Part shown: positions 53,474-64,000 of the stretch, piece by piece
Position numbering within the stretch: position 1 is the first letter of the stretch
Layout of the letters: each line of letters begins with the position of its first letter
Source of the DNA: Anaeramoeba ignava BMAN
Lineage: Eukaryota; Protista; Anaeramoebae
Direction of reading: 5' to 3'
Length of the DNA: 64,000 nucleotides
Assembly (NCBI GenBank): GCA_028826165.1
Contig: JAPDFW010000033.1
Span: 372,001 to 436,000 of the forward strand
Notes under the pieces: model-generated
Told to the model about the DNA's origin: nothing
The model's database searches: none
Seen by the model: the letters and a program-made list of their open reading frames with translations, nothing else
Position numbers and translations under genes: made by a program

Positions 53474-56400
53474 TCACCAAGACTCTTCAAGATAACGTTG
53501 CTCATCTTGAATCTTTCGATATGCTTTATCACCTAAAATTTGAGCAACAGTTTTGCGAACATCATTTCCCATAGACTTGCTACCACAAACTAAAACACAA
53601 CCATCATTTGAAATAACATCATTTAAAAGTGAAGAATTTTGATTCAGCAAATGTTGAACATAAACCTTTTCCTTTTGATCACGAGAAAAGGCGAAAAATG
53701 CTTGAGTAATAATTCCCTTTTCAATAAAATCTTGAATTTCTTTTTGGAAAATAAAATCAAATTTGGAAGTTCGACATCCAAAAAACAAATATAAAGCCTT
53801 GCGCTTGTTCTTTGGCACCAATTCCAATTGCATCATCATCCCAAGAAACGGAGCAATCCCAGTCCCTGCCGCAATTAAAATATTGGGCTTCTCAAGGGAT
53901 AATTTAAAAGGACTTTTCTCAACAAAAATTTTGACTTGAGAATCTTTTTGTTTTGACTGCAAAAAATTGGAGCACACACCTTTTTCCACAACCTGAACAG
54001 CAAGATCCAAATATTGCTCGCCATCCTTTTGGATCGAAGCAATAGAATAGTATCTTGGATTAAGACGTTGTATATTTTCAATGAAAAATTCCAACGGAAG
54101 TTGAACTGATTGAAAAGTCTCAAAAACATCAACAATTCCACGTTTGTGAGTGATCATCCATTCCTCATAAGCCTGGCGATCCTGTGACAGTTTTATCAAG
54201 TTTTGCCTATCATTCTCACCGTTGCAGAACACAGAGGCAATAATGGAAAGCACATCGGGTGGGACAGGACCAGATATATCGCAATAACAAGAAAAATATT
54301 CTCCGATGCTCATGGGTTTGGGAACTTTTTTCGTTGACGGTTTAACATCGAAAACGCGTTGGAAATCAAATCCGCCGCGTGAACACAATCTCTTGACAAG
54401 TTGCGGATCGTTTTCAGGAAGAACACCTGCAAGATCCCCTCCTTGAAATTGAAATCCAGAGTCTTTGACATCAAGTCGAATCCATCTGCATGATCTCCCA
54501 GGCTCGCGTCCTTCGCCAAGTAGCTCTGTGTTGAATATGACTCTTGCGCTGAATGGATTCCGGGAGTTGTGAATGCTCGATATATTCGCATTGTTCTCAA
54601 CTTCCATTTGATTGGTATTGTTTTCGTCTTTGAAAAAAATCTGGAACATTGAAGATTGTTTTTTTTGGATTGAATTTTTTTGCGAAATTGTTGGGAATCC
54701 ACCAAGTTTTCCGCAAAACTGCTCGATCAAACTTTGTGTCCAAGTGTCGAAGGTTTTATCTATTGAGTTATCTGCCTCATCTCCTTTGCCGAGAGGAGCA
54801 ATACGCTCTGCGCCCAAGTTCTGGAAACATGAATCAATCGTGATTGCAGCTCTTTGATAACGACCACCGTAAATAGAACTTCCCAGCCCGAATACAGCGA
54901 ATCGTGTCTGGGAGAGAATGTGAGAAGAAAGACCCGAGGTAGCAGATATGAGGTAATTGACAAAAACACGAGCATTATCGGGTGGTTCACCTTCGCCATG
55001 AGTTGACGTGATCACGAGAACAATTGTTTGAGAAGGAAGAAACCCTGGATCGAAATCTTCCATATCACGCACCTTGATGTCGAACGCAGACCCGATGATG
55101 TTATGCGTGGTGAGTGTGCGATAGAGTCTTCTGGAAAGTTCCTCTGAAGTTCCTGTTTGAGTACCGAATAAAATCAAAATTCTGTGTTCTTGATCGAATA
55201 AAGACCCAAAAAACGGATCACGTTCGGAAACTTTTTTCTCTCCTTTTTTCCCATACACAACTGCTGCAAGAGCCTCTGGATTCTGCGGTTTTTCAGCGAG
55301 CGGATTCTTATACTCATCTGACCATATTCCGGGAATCTTTGTTCCACATTTTGAACAACAACCTTTCACAATTCCTTCTGTTCTTGTGTTGTATCCCAAC
55401 CGTTGGATAAGTGTTGCTTTGCAGTTTGGACAGTACGTTGCTGTGTGTTTATCTGATGAAACATTTCCTGCGTAAATGAAATTTAATCCTTCTTCTTTTC
55501 CTATTTTGTATGCTTTTATAAGTGTTGATAATGGTGTTGATCTTCGTGATTTCATTTTATATGCCCCGTAGAATGCACTAATGTGCCAGGGAATATTTGG
55601 ATCAATTTTAACAAGAAATTTCGCAATATCTCGCATTTCTTCTTCTGAGTCGTTTTCATCTGGAATAAAAAGGGTTGTCTTTTTATTTATTTTAATTTTA
55701 ATTTTTTATCCGATTTTGATTTTAATTTTAATTTTAATTTTTTATCCGATTTTGATTTTAAATTTTAATTATAATTTTGATTTTTTATCCGATTTTGATT
55801 TTAATTTTAATTTTAATTTTAATTTTGATTTTTATTTTAATTTTAATTTTAATTTTAATTTTAATTTTAATTTTAATTTTAATTTTAATTTTAATTTTAA
55901 TTTTAATTTTAATTTTAATTTTAATTTTAATTTTAATTTTAATTTTATTTTAATTTTAATTTTAATTTTAATTTTAATTTTAATTTTAATTTTAATTTTA
56001 ATTTTAATTTTAATTTTTATCCGATTTTGATTTTAATTTTGATTTTAATTTTTATTTTAATTATAATTTTAATTTTAATTTTTAATTTTAATTTTAATTT
56101 TAATTTTAATTTTAATTTTAATTTTAATTTTTAATTATAATTTTAATTTTGATTTTAATTTTAATTTTTATTTTAATTTTTAATTTTAAATTTAATTTTA
56201 ATTTTGATTTTAATTTTAATTTTTATTTTAATTTTTATCCGATTTTGATTTTAATTTTGATTTTAATTTTGATTTTGATTTTGAGTTTTGATTTTGATTT
56301 TAATTTTAATTTTAATTTTAATTTTAATTTTAATTTTTATTTTAATTTTAATTTTAATTTTAATTTTAATTTTAATTATAATTTTAATTTATTTTGATTT

Positions 56401-58804
56401 TAAATTTTAATTTTAATTTATTTTTGATTTTAAATTTTAATTTTAATTTTAATTATAATTTTAATTATAATTTTGATTTTTAATTTTAATTTTAATTTTA
56501 ATTTTAATTTTAATTTTAATTATAATTTTAATTTTAATTTTAATTTTAATTTTAATTTTAATTTTGATTTTGATTTTAATTATAATTTTAATTATAATTT
56601 TGATTTAAATTTTAAATTTTAATTTTAATTATAATTTTGATTTTTTATCCGATTTTTATTTATTTTATTTTAATTTTTTATCCGATTTTGATTTTAATTT
56701 TAATTTTAATTATAATTTTTATCTCAAAATAAACTTACAACTTCAACCCAAACACCAGCATTTCTAAAACGTTCAATATTCTTGAGAACAGGAGCTAAAC
56801 GAACACCAGATAATTCTTGATAAAATTTATTACGAAAAGACTTAAGATCAATATTAATAGCATCAATATAAGGAGCAATTAACTCAACACATTCAGGGGA
56901 CATATATCCATTTGAAACATAAACATTCTTTATTCCATGTTTTTGTGCTAATTTTGCTGTATCAAGTGCATATTCAGTGAAAATAGTTGGTTCATTATAT
57001 GTATATGCAATTGATTTACATCCAAATTTTAAACATTTTTCAACTATTTGTTTTGGTGATAATTTTGTTCCTAATTCTAAATCTTCAATATCAGTTCCAT
57101 CTCTTGTTGCCATAGAAATATCCCAATTTTGACAAAATTTGCATGTGAAATTACATCCAACAGTTCCAAGTGAAAAAGCTTCAGTTCCTGCATAAAAATG
57201 ATGAAGCTTAAAATGATCCAATTTTAAATTTAAATTAATTCAATTTTATATCAATTTTATAACAATTTTATATCAATTTTATATCAATTTTAAATTAATT
57301 TTATATCAATTTTATATCAATTTTATATCAATTTTAATTCAATTTTAATTCAATTTTATATCAATTTTATATCAATTTTATATTAATTTTAAATTAATTT
57401 TATATCAATTTTATATCAATTTTAAATCAATTTTAAATCAATTCTATATCAATTTTAAATCAATTTTATATCAATTTTAAATCAATTTTAAGTCAATTTT
57501 AAATCAATTTTAAATCAATTTTATATCAATTTTATATCAATTTTATATTAATTTTATATCAATTTTATATCAATTTTATATCAATTTTAAATCAATTTTA
57601 TATCAATTTTATATCAATTTTAAATCAATTTTTATATCAATTTTATATTAATTTTATATCAATTTTTATATTAATTTTATATTAATTTTAAATCAATTTT
57701 ATATCAATTTTATATTAATTTTAAATCAATTTTATATCAATTTTAAATCAATTTTATATCAATTTTAAATCAATTTTATATCAATTTTAAATCAATTTTA
57801 TATCAATTTTAAATCAATTTTAAATTAATTTTAAATTAATTTTATATTAATTTTATATCAATTTTAAATCAATTTTTATATCAATTTTATATCAATTTTA
57901 TATCAATTTTATATCAATTTTATAACAATTTTATATCAATTTTATATCAATTTTAAATTAATTTTATATCAATTTTTATATCAATTTTATATCAATTTTA
58001 TATCAATTTTATATCAATTTTTATATCAATTTTATATCAATTTTATATCAATTTTATATTAATTTTTAAATCAATTTTAAATCAATTTTATATTAATTTT
58101 AAATCAATTTTATATCAATTTTATATCAATTTTAATTCAATTTTAATTCAATTTTATATCAATTTTATATTAATTTTAAATTAATTTTATATCAATTTTA
58201 TTTCAATTTTATATCAATTTTATATTAATTTTATATCAATTTTATATCAATTTTATATTAATTTTATATCAATTTTATATCAATTTTATATCAATTTTAT
58301 ATCAATTTTATATTAATTTTAAATCAATTTTATATCAATTTTATATCAATTTTATATCAATTTTATATTAATTTTAATTTTATATCAATTTTAAATAAAT
58401 TTTATATCAATTTTATATCAATTTTAAATCAATTTTATATTAATTTTAATTCAATTTTATATCAATTTTATATTAATTTTATATCAATTTTATATTAATT
58501 TTATATCAATTTTATATCAATTCTAAATCAATTTTATATCAATTTTATATCAATTTTAAATTAATTTTAAATCAATTTTATATTAAAAATCAAGATTCAA
58601 CTATCCAAAAATTACTGGTTTTTTCTCAATAGGATCAATATTAACTGCTATTGCTCTTCCATAAACTTCTAAAAATAATTTTCCATTTCGATTTCTTCTA
58701 ACTCCACATTCACCAAATTCATTAGGTGAAATGACACATCTATGATAACAACAAGTACACTTAACTTTTTTGTTATCTAATTTCTCATATAAAATTGCTT
58801 CCAT
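53474..58804 (-). CDS. amrS: AmmeMemoRadiSam-system radical SAM enzyme fused to a diflavin (FMN/FAD/NADPH) reductase; exons 58804-58616, 57206-56739, 55678-53474 (~953 aa)
   Basis: AmrS motifs VKCTCCYHRC..GECGVR, IDPIEKKPLHHF, GCNFTCKFCQNWDIS (CxxxCxxC), IAYTYNEPTI, VSNGY, NIDLKSF, WVEVTTL.IP.END, PWHISAF, FIYAGNV, TYCPNC..CSKCG.KIPGIW; then LFGTQTGTSE, STHGEGEPPDN, FGLGSS.Y, PRYYSIAS, AGTGIAPF, FFGCR, AFSR, VYVQH, VCG, terminal W. Confidence 0.92.
57225..58590. repeat. Intronic (ATCAATTTTAT/A)n 11-mer array
   Basis: Visible tandem repeat in intron 1 of the radical SAM gene. Confidence 0.95.
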
Positions 58805-59112
58805 TTTGATTTATAAAAAAAATGAAAAATGAAAAATGGAAAAAATTTTTTTTGCTTTTAAATTTTAATTTTGATTTTGATTTTGATTTTAATTTTAATT
58901 TTAATTTAAATTTTAATTTTAATTTTAATTTTAATTTTAATTTTGATTTTAATTTTAATTTTAATTTTGATTTTAATTTTAATTTTAATTTTAATTTTAA
59001 TTTTAATTTTAATTTTAATTTTAATTTTAATTTTTGATTTTAATTTTAATTTTTGATTTTAAATTTATTTTTGATTTTAATTTTAATTTTAATTTTAATT
59101 TTAATTTTAATT

Positions 59113-60897
59113 TTAATTTTGATTATTAAATTTATTAATTAATAAATCAAATAAATTTGGATTTGTTTGATTTAATTGAAAATAATCAATTCCTCTTTCT
59201 AATTCATCGATTATTTCTTGTGTAATTTGAATTTCTTCTTTAATTTGATTTGAATAAATCCAATATTCAAATATTTGAAATGATTTATTACTTAATTCAC
59301 TATAATCTGTAACTTTATTAGATTTATCTTCAGTTACAGATAAAAACATTCCTCGATATAATTCACTTCTCATTATTAATATTAATTTGGGAAATTTATA
59401 TTGTTTTTCTTTTCTTTCAATTATAAAATCTTTTTCATTTTCTTTTTCATTTTCATTTAAATAAATTCTTTTCATTGTTTCTTCAATTTTTTCATTTGAA
59501 TTTATAATTTCTTTAATTTCAGAATATAATTTTGGATTTATTTTGGAATTGTTTGAATAAATCATTTCAAATATTTGATTTGTTTCTTTAATTGATTTTT
59601 TTGAAATAATTTCTTTAAGTTTTTCAATTTGATTTTGATTTAATCTATATTTCAATATTAATTTATGAGCTTCAATTATTTCTCCATTTTCGGTTTTAAA
59701 TGAAATATCACAAAATTCTTTTATTCTAAATAATTTTATCAAATCTTCTTCAAGATTGGAAAAAGAAGGAGGAGAATAATAAAGAAATGATTTTTGATAT
59801 CCACAAGAAATATGATAATTTGAAATATTTTCATTAAATCTTAATTTAGGAAGTTCAATTTGAATTGGAATTGATTGATCATTTGTATTTCCAGTTCCTA
59901 AATGACCATATTCATTATCTCCAAATACTATAAATTTCCCTTTAGAAGTTAAAATCAAAGTATGATCAGTTCCAAGAGAAAAATCAATGATATTATCATT
60001 TTCTTCAAATAAAGATGATTTGATTTCAGTAAATTCATAAATATTCCGGAATTTTTGGCGAAATCCATTATATCGATAATCTCCACATGAATAAAGTTTT
60101 CTTTTTGGATTTTCATCTTCATCTTCATTTTCAATCAACATTATTGAATGAGAAGCTCCAGTTTTAATATCAATTATTTTGCCTTTTGGAATATTTTGAA
60201 TTTTGGTTAATTTTTGGATTGTTGTTTCTCTTATTCTTGATTTTCCTAATCCAAGTTGAGCAAATTCATTCCATCCGCATCCGAATAATTCTTGATTTGA
60301 ATTTAAAAGAAAAATAGAAGCTGAAGTACCTCCTGAAAATATTTTAGAAACATTTTTCATCATTAAAATTGGTTTTTCTGTTCGTTTAAGTGTTTCAGAA
60401 TCAAAGCCAAGTTGACCAAATTGATTTAAACCAATTCCATAAACATTTTGATTTGAAGTTAATAAGTAAATTGAATAAGCACCAGAAACAATATCTTTAA
60501 TTATTCTATCATTTATATCTTCAATTAATGATGAAATATTGATAAATTCATTTGGATTTATTAGATTAATATTATTTCCTTTTGCAAATACATTTCCTTC
60601 TATTGTTAAAATAGCTTCATTTTGATGACCAACAGTTACTTTTTGAATATTTTCTTCAATTTGGATTTTTGAAGGATTTTGATTTGAATCATTTTCATCT
60701 GAATATTTTATTGCTTTTCCATTTTTAAAAAGGAAAATTGTTGAAAAATAACTTGTTGAAATTTGTTTAATTTGTTTTTCATTTTCATTTTCATTTTCAT
60801 TTTCAAATTTAAATTGAATTGGTTTTGTTATTTCATTTGTTTTATTTTTTAAAAGTTTTTGAAATTGATTTAAACCAAAAAATAAACAATCATTCAT
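59113..60897 (-). CDS. RCC1-repeat + tandem BTB-like domain protein, intronless
   Basis: RCC1 repeats (YGIGLNQFGQLG, FGCGWNEFAQLGLG, GTDHTLILT, FGDNEYGHLGTG) and BTB motifs KEFCD..EAHKLILKYR, LILIMRSELYRGMF. Confidence 0.9.
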   Translation of the reverse strand: MNDCLFFGLNQFQKLLKNKTNEITKPIQFKFENENENENEKQIKQISTSYFSTIFLFKNGKAIKYSDENDSNQNPSKIQIEENIQKVTVGHQNEAILTIEGNVFAKGNNINLINPNEFINISSLIEDINDRIIKDIVSGAYSIYLLTSNQNVYGIGLNQFGQLGFDSETLKRTEKPILMMKNVSKIFSGGTSASIFLLNSNQELFGCGWNEFAQLGLGKSRIRETTIQKLTKIQNIPKGKIIDIKTGASHSIMLIENEDEDENPKRKLYSCGDYRYNGFRQKFRNIYEFTEIKSSLFEENDNIIDFSLGTDHTLILTSKGKFIVFGDNEYGHLGTGNTNDQSIPIQIELPKLRFNENISNYHISCGYQKSFLYYSPPSFSNLEEDLIKLFRIKEFCDISFKTENGEIIEAHKLILKYRLNQNQIEKLKEIISKKSIKETNQIFEMIYSNNSKINPKLYSEIKEIINSNEKIEETMKRIYLNENEKENEKDFIIERKEKQYKFPKLILIMRSELYRGMFLSVTEDKSNKVTDYSELSNKSFQIFEYWIYSNQIKEEIQITQEIIDELERGIDYFQLNQTNPNLFDLLINKFNNQN

Positions 60898-61011
60898 TTT
60901 TGAAAAGAAAAAAAATGAAAAAATGGAAAAATGAAATTTTAATTTTAATTTTAATTTTAATTTTGATTTTGATTTTAATTTTAATTTTAATTGAAAATAA
61001 TCAATTTCTTT

Positions 61012-62813
61012 TTAGAAAATTAAACAATTTTCTTTCTTTTTCTGATTTTGATTATTAAATTTATTAATTAATAAATCAAATAAATTTGGATATGCTTGAT
61101 TTAATTGAAAATAATCAATTCCAATTTTAATTTCATCAATAATTTGTTGTGTAATTTTAATTTCATTTTTAATTTGATTTGAATAAATCCAATATTCAAA
61201 TATTTGAAATGATTTATTACTTAATTCACTATAATCTGTAACTTTATTTGAAGTATCTTCAGTTACAGATAAAAACATTCCTCGATATAATTCACTTCTC
61301 ATTATTAATATTAATTTGGGGAATTTATATTGTTTTTCTTTTCTTTCAATAATAAAATCTTTTTCATTTTCATTTTCATTTAAATAAATTCTTTTAATTG
61401 TTTCTTCAATTTTTTCATTTAAATTTATAATTTCTTTAATTTCAGAATATAATTTTGGATTTATTTTGGAATTGTTTGAATAAATCATTTCAAATATTTG
61501 ATTTGATTCTTTAATTGATTTTTTTGAAATAATTTCTTTGAAGTTTTTCATTTTGATTTTCATTTTGATTTAATCTATATTTTAATATTAATTTATGAGC
61601 TTCAATTATTTCTCCATTTTTGGTTTTAAATGAAATATTACAAAATTCTTTTCTTCTAAATAATTTTATCAAATCTTCTTCAAGATTGGAAAAAGAAGGA
61701 GAATAATAAATAAATGAATTGTTTTCACCACAAGAAATATGATAATTAGAAATATTTTCATTAAATCTTAATTTAGGAAGTTCAATTTGAATTGGAATTT
61801 TTTGATATTTTCTATTTCCAGTTCCTAATTGACCATATGAATTACTTCCAAATCCAATAAATTTCCCTTTGGAAGTTAAAATCAAAGTATGATTATCACC
61901 ACAAGAAACTTCAAGAATATTATCATTTTCAAATAAAGATGATTTGATTTCAGTAAATTCATAAGTATTTTGAAATCTTTTGCCAAATCCATTATATTTA
62001 GAATAACCACATGAATAAAGTTTTCTTTTTGGATTTTGATTTTCATTTTCAATCAACATTAATGAATGATAATATCCACATTGAATATCAATTATTTCAC
62101 CTTTTGGAATATTTTGGATTTGTGTTAATTTTTGGATTTGTTCATATTTTCTTGATTCTCCTAATCCAAGTTGACCATCTTGATTCCATCCGCATCCAAA
62201 TAATTCTTGATTTGAATTTAAAAGGAAAACATGATAAGAAGAGTTTCCTGAAAATATTTTAGAAACATTTTTCATCATTAAAATTAGGTTTTTCTGTTTG
62301 CGGAAGTTTTTCAGAATCAAAACTAAGTTGACCTAATTCATTTGAACCAATTCCATAAACATTTTGATTTGAAGTTAATAAATAAATTGAAATGTATCCA
62401 GAAACAATATCTTCAATTATTCTATCATTTGTATCTTCAATTAATGATGAAATATTGATAAATTCATTTGGATTATATGGATTAATAGCAACTCCTTTGG
62501 CAAATACATTTCCTTCTATTGTTAAAATAGCTTCATTTCGATAACCAACAGTTACTTTTTGAATATTTTCTTCAATTTGTATTTTTTCAGGATTTTCATT
62601 TAAATATTTTTCACTTAAATATTCTATTGCTTTTCCATTTTTAAAAAGGAAAATTGTTGAAAAATCTGCTGTTGAAATTTGTTTAATTTGTTTTTCATTT
62701 TCATTTTCATTTTCATTTTCAAATTTAAATTGAATTGGTTTTGTTATTTTATCTGGTTCATTTTTGAAAAGTTTTGGATTTTGATTTGAACCAAAAAATA
62801 TAATTTCATTCAT
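61012..62813 (-). pseudogene. Tandem paralog of the RCC1-BTB gene broken by two +1 insertions (~62286, ~61540); pseudogene or assembly error
   Basis: Three overlapping ORFs (62813-62259, 62320-61511, 61563-61012) are collinear with and highly similar to 59113-60897. Confidence 0.7.
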
Positions 62814-62876
62814 TTTTGAAAAGAAAAAAAATGAATTTTATTTTTTCATTTTTTCATTTTTTCATTTTTTCTTTTA
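62814..62876. promoter_or_regulatory. 63-bp bidirectional promoter with opposed TTTCATTT initiator-like motifs
   Basis: Divergent ATGs at 62813 (-) and 62877 (+); AAAATGAA on the left, three TTTTCATTTT on the right. Same layout at 7845-7919, 16579-16669 and 26890-27154. Confidence 0.6.
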
Positions 62877-63181
62877 ATGAACGATCCAAGAAGAAAAGAT
62901 GCTATTGAACCTTATCAATTTGAAAATTATCAAACAGAAACAACCGAAACTGTAGATACATTTGTTGAGGTTTATAAAAAAAAATTGAAATTAATTCAAA
63001 AAGAAAAAAATAATTAAAAAATTTTCAATTAGTTTTTCAATTTATTTGCACTTGGAATTAATATAGCAGCTAGTTTTACAAGAAATCCTTATTTTGCTTG
63101 GCTTGGCTTATTTATTGGACTTGCCTCATTTTTAATAAAACGTTCAACTTCTTCAGGACAACAAAATATTCCTTCATTTAT
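62877..63181 (+). CDS. PAT complex subunit Asterix (PAT10/WDR83OS)-like, partial; exons 62877-62969, 63033-63181, next exon beyond window
   Basis: MNDPRR start, two hydrophobic segments with AWLGLF, ending ..PSFM, resembling Asterix (MSDPRR...CAWVA...SSFM). Confidence 0.7.
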
Positions 63182-63204
63182 GTAATTTTTTTGAAAAGAA
63201 AAAA

Positions 63205-63990
63205 AATCAATTTAAAATCAATTTAAAATCAATTTAAAATCAATTTAAAACCAAAATCAATTTAAAATCAATTTAAAATCAATTTAAAATCAATTTAAAA
63301 TCAAAATCAATTTAAAATCAATTTAAAATCAATTTAAAATCAATTTAAAATCAAAATCAATTTAAAATCAATTTAAAATCAATTTAAAATCAATTTAAAA
63401 CCAAAATCAATTTAAAATTAAAATCAATTTAAAATTAAAATCAATTTAAAATCAATTTAAAACCAATTTAAAATCAAAACCAATTTAAAATCAAAATCAA
63501 TTTAAAATCGAAATCAATTTAAAATCAATTTAAAATCAAATCAATTTAAAATCAAAATCAATTTAAAATCAATTTAAAATCAAAATCAATTTAAAATCAA
63601 TTTAAAATCAATTTAAAATCAATTTAAAACCAAAATCAATTTAAAATCAATTTAAAATCAATTTAAAATTAAAATCAATTTAAAACTAAAATCAATTTAA
63701 AATTAAAATCAATTTAAAATCAAAACCAATTTAAAATCAATTTAAAATCAATTTAAAATCAATTTAAAATCAATTTAAAATCAATTTAAAATCAATTTAA
63801 AATCAATTTAAAATCAATTTAAAACCAAAATCAATTTAAAATCAATTCAAAAATCAAAATCAATTTAAAATTAAAATCAATTTAAAATCAATTTAAAATC
63901 AAAACCAATTTAAAATCAAAATTAATTTAAAATCAAAATCAATTTAAAATCAAAATCAATTTAAAATCAAAATTAACTTAAAATCAAAAA
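63205..63990. repeat. Intronic (AAAATCAATTT)n 11-mer array
   Basis: Visible tandem repeat after the GT donor at 63182. Confidence 0.93.
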
Positions 63991-64000
63991 ACATTTTTTT

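Noticed and set aside
54100-55300. Raised GC in the reductase half as evidence of recent HGT or contamination
   Set aside because: The same central GC rise occurs in native long exons (alpha-actinin, SF3B3), and the gene has host-type introns and promoter motif.
56739-58804. Annotation as pyruvate formate-lyase activating enzyme
   Set aside because: The N-terminal Cys cluster, DPIEKKP, YTYNEP and C-terminal CxxC pair fit the AmrS subfamily better than PflA (GGEP motif); an HMM search is needed to confirm.

Overview
Eukaryotic, extremely AT-rich, gene-dense genomic DNA using the standard genetic code. GT-AG spliceosomal introns are often filled with simple tandem repeats. The features (TCATT initiator-like motifs, RCC1/WD40-double-BTB genes, long-rod alpha-actinin, repeat-filled introns) suggest an anaerobic metamonad such as Anaeramoeba; this is inference, not a database result. 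I hand-spliced about 21 genes: importin-alpha-like, TOM1/GPR137-like 7TM, DnaJ, CZIB/DUF866, divergent G-alpha, bZIP, WD40-BTB, BRF2-like TFIIB factor, lysophospholipid acyltransferase, DUSP11-like RNA triphosphatase, NSUN5, RPL13A, PDK1, VIT-vWA coiled-coil (frameshifted), SF3B3, alpha-actinin, an AGC kinase, a radical SAM-reductase fusion, two RCC1-BTB paralogs and Asterix (partial). There are also two larger intergenic tandem arrays. The standout is a 3-exon, ~953-aa gene (58804-53474, minus strand). It fuses a prokaryote-type AmmeMemoRadiSam radical SAM enzyme (AmrS) to a complete FMN/FAD/NADPH diflavin reductase, making a candidate self-sufficient radical SAM enzyme in a eukaryote. Most short ORFs in the ORF track are artefacts of intronic microsatellites. 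Exon coordinates were read by eye and may be off by a few nt.
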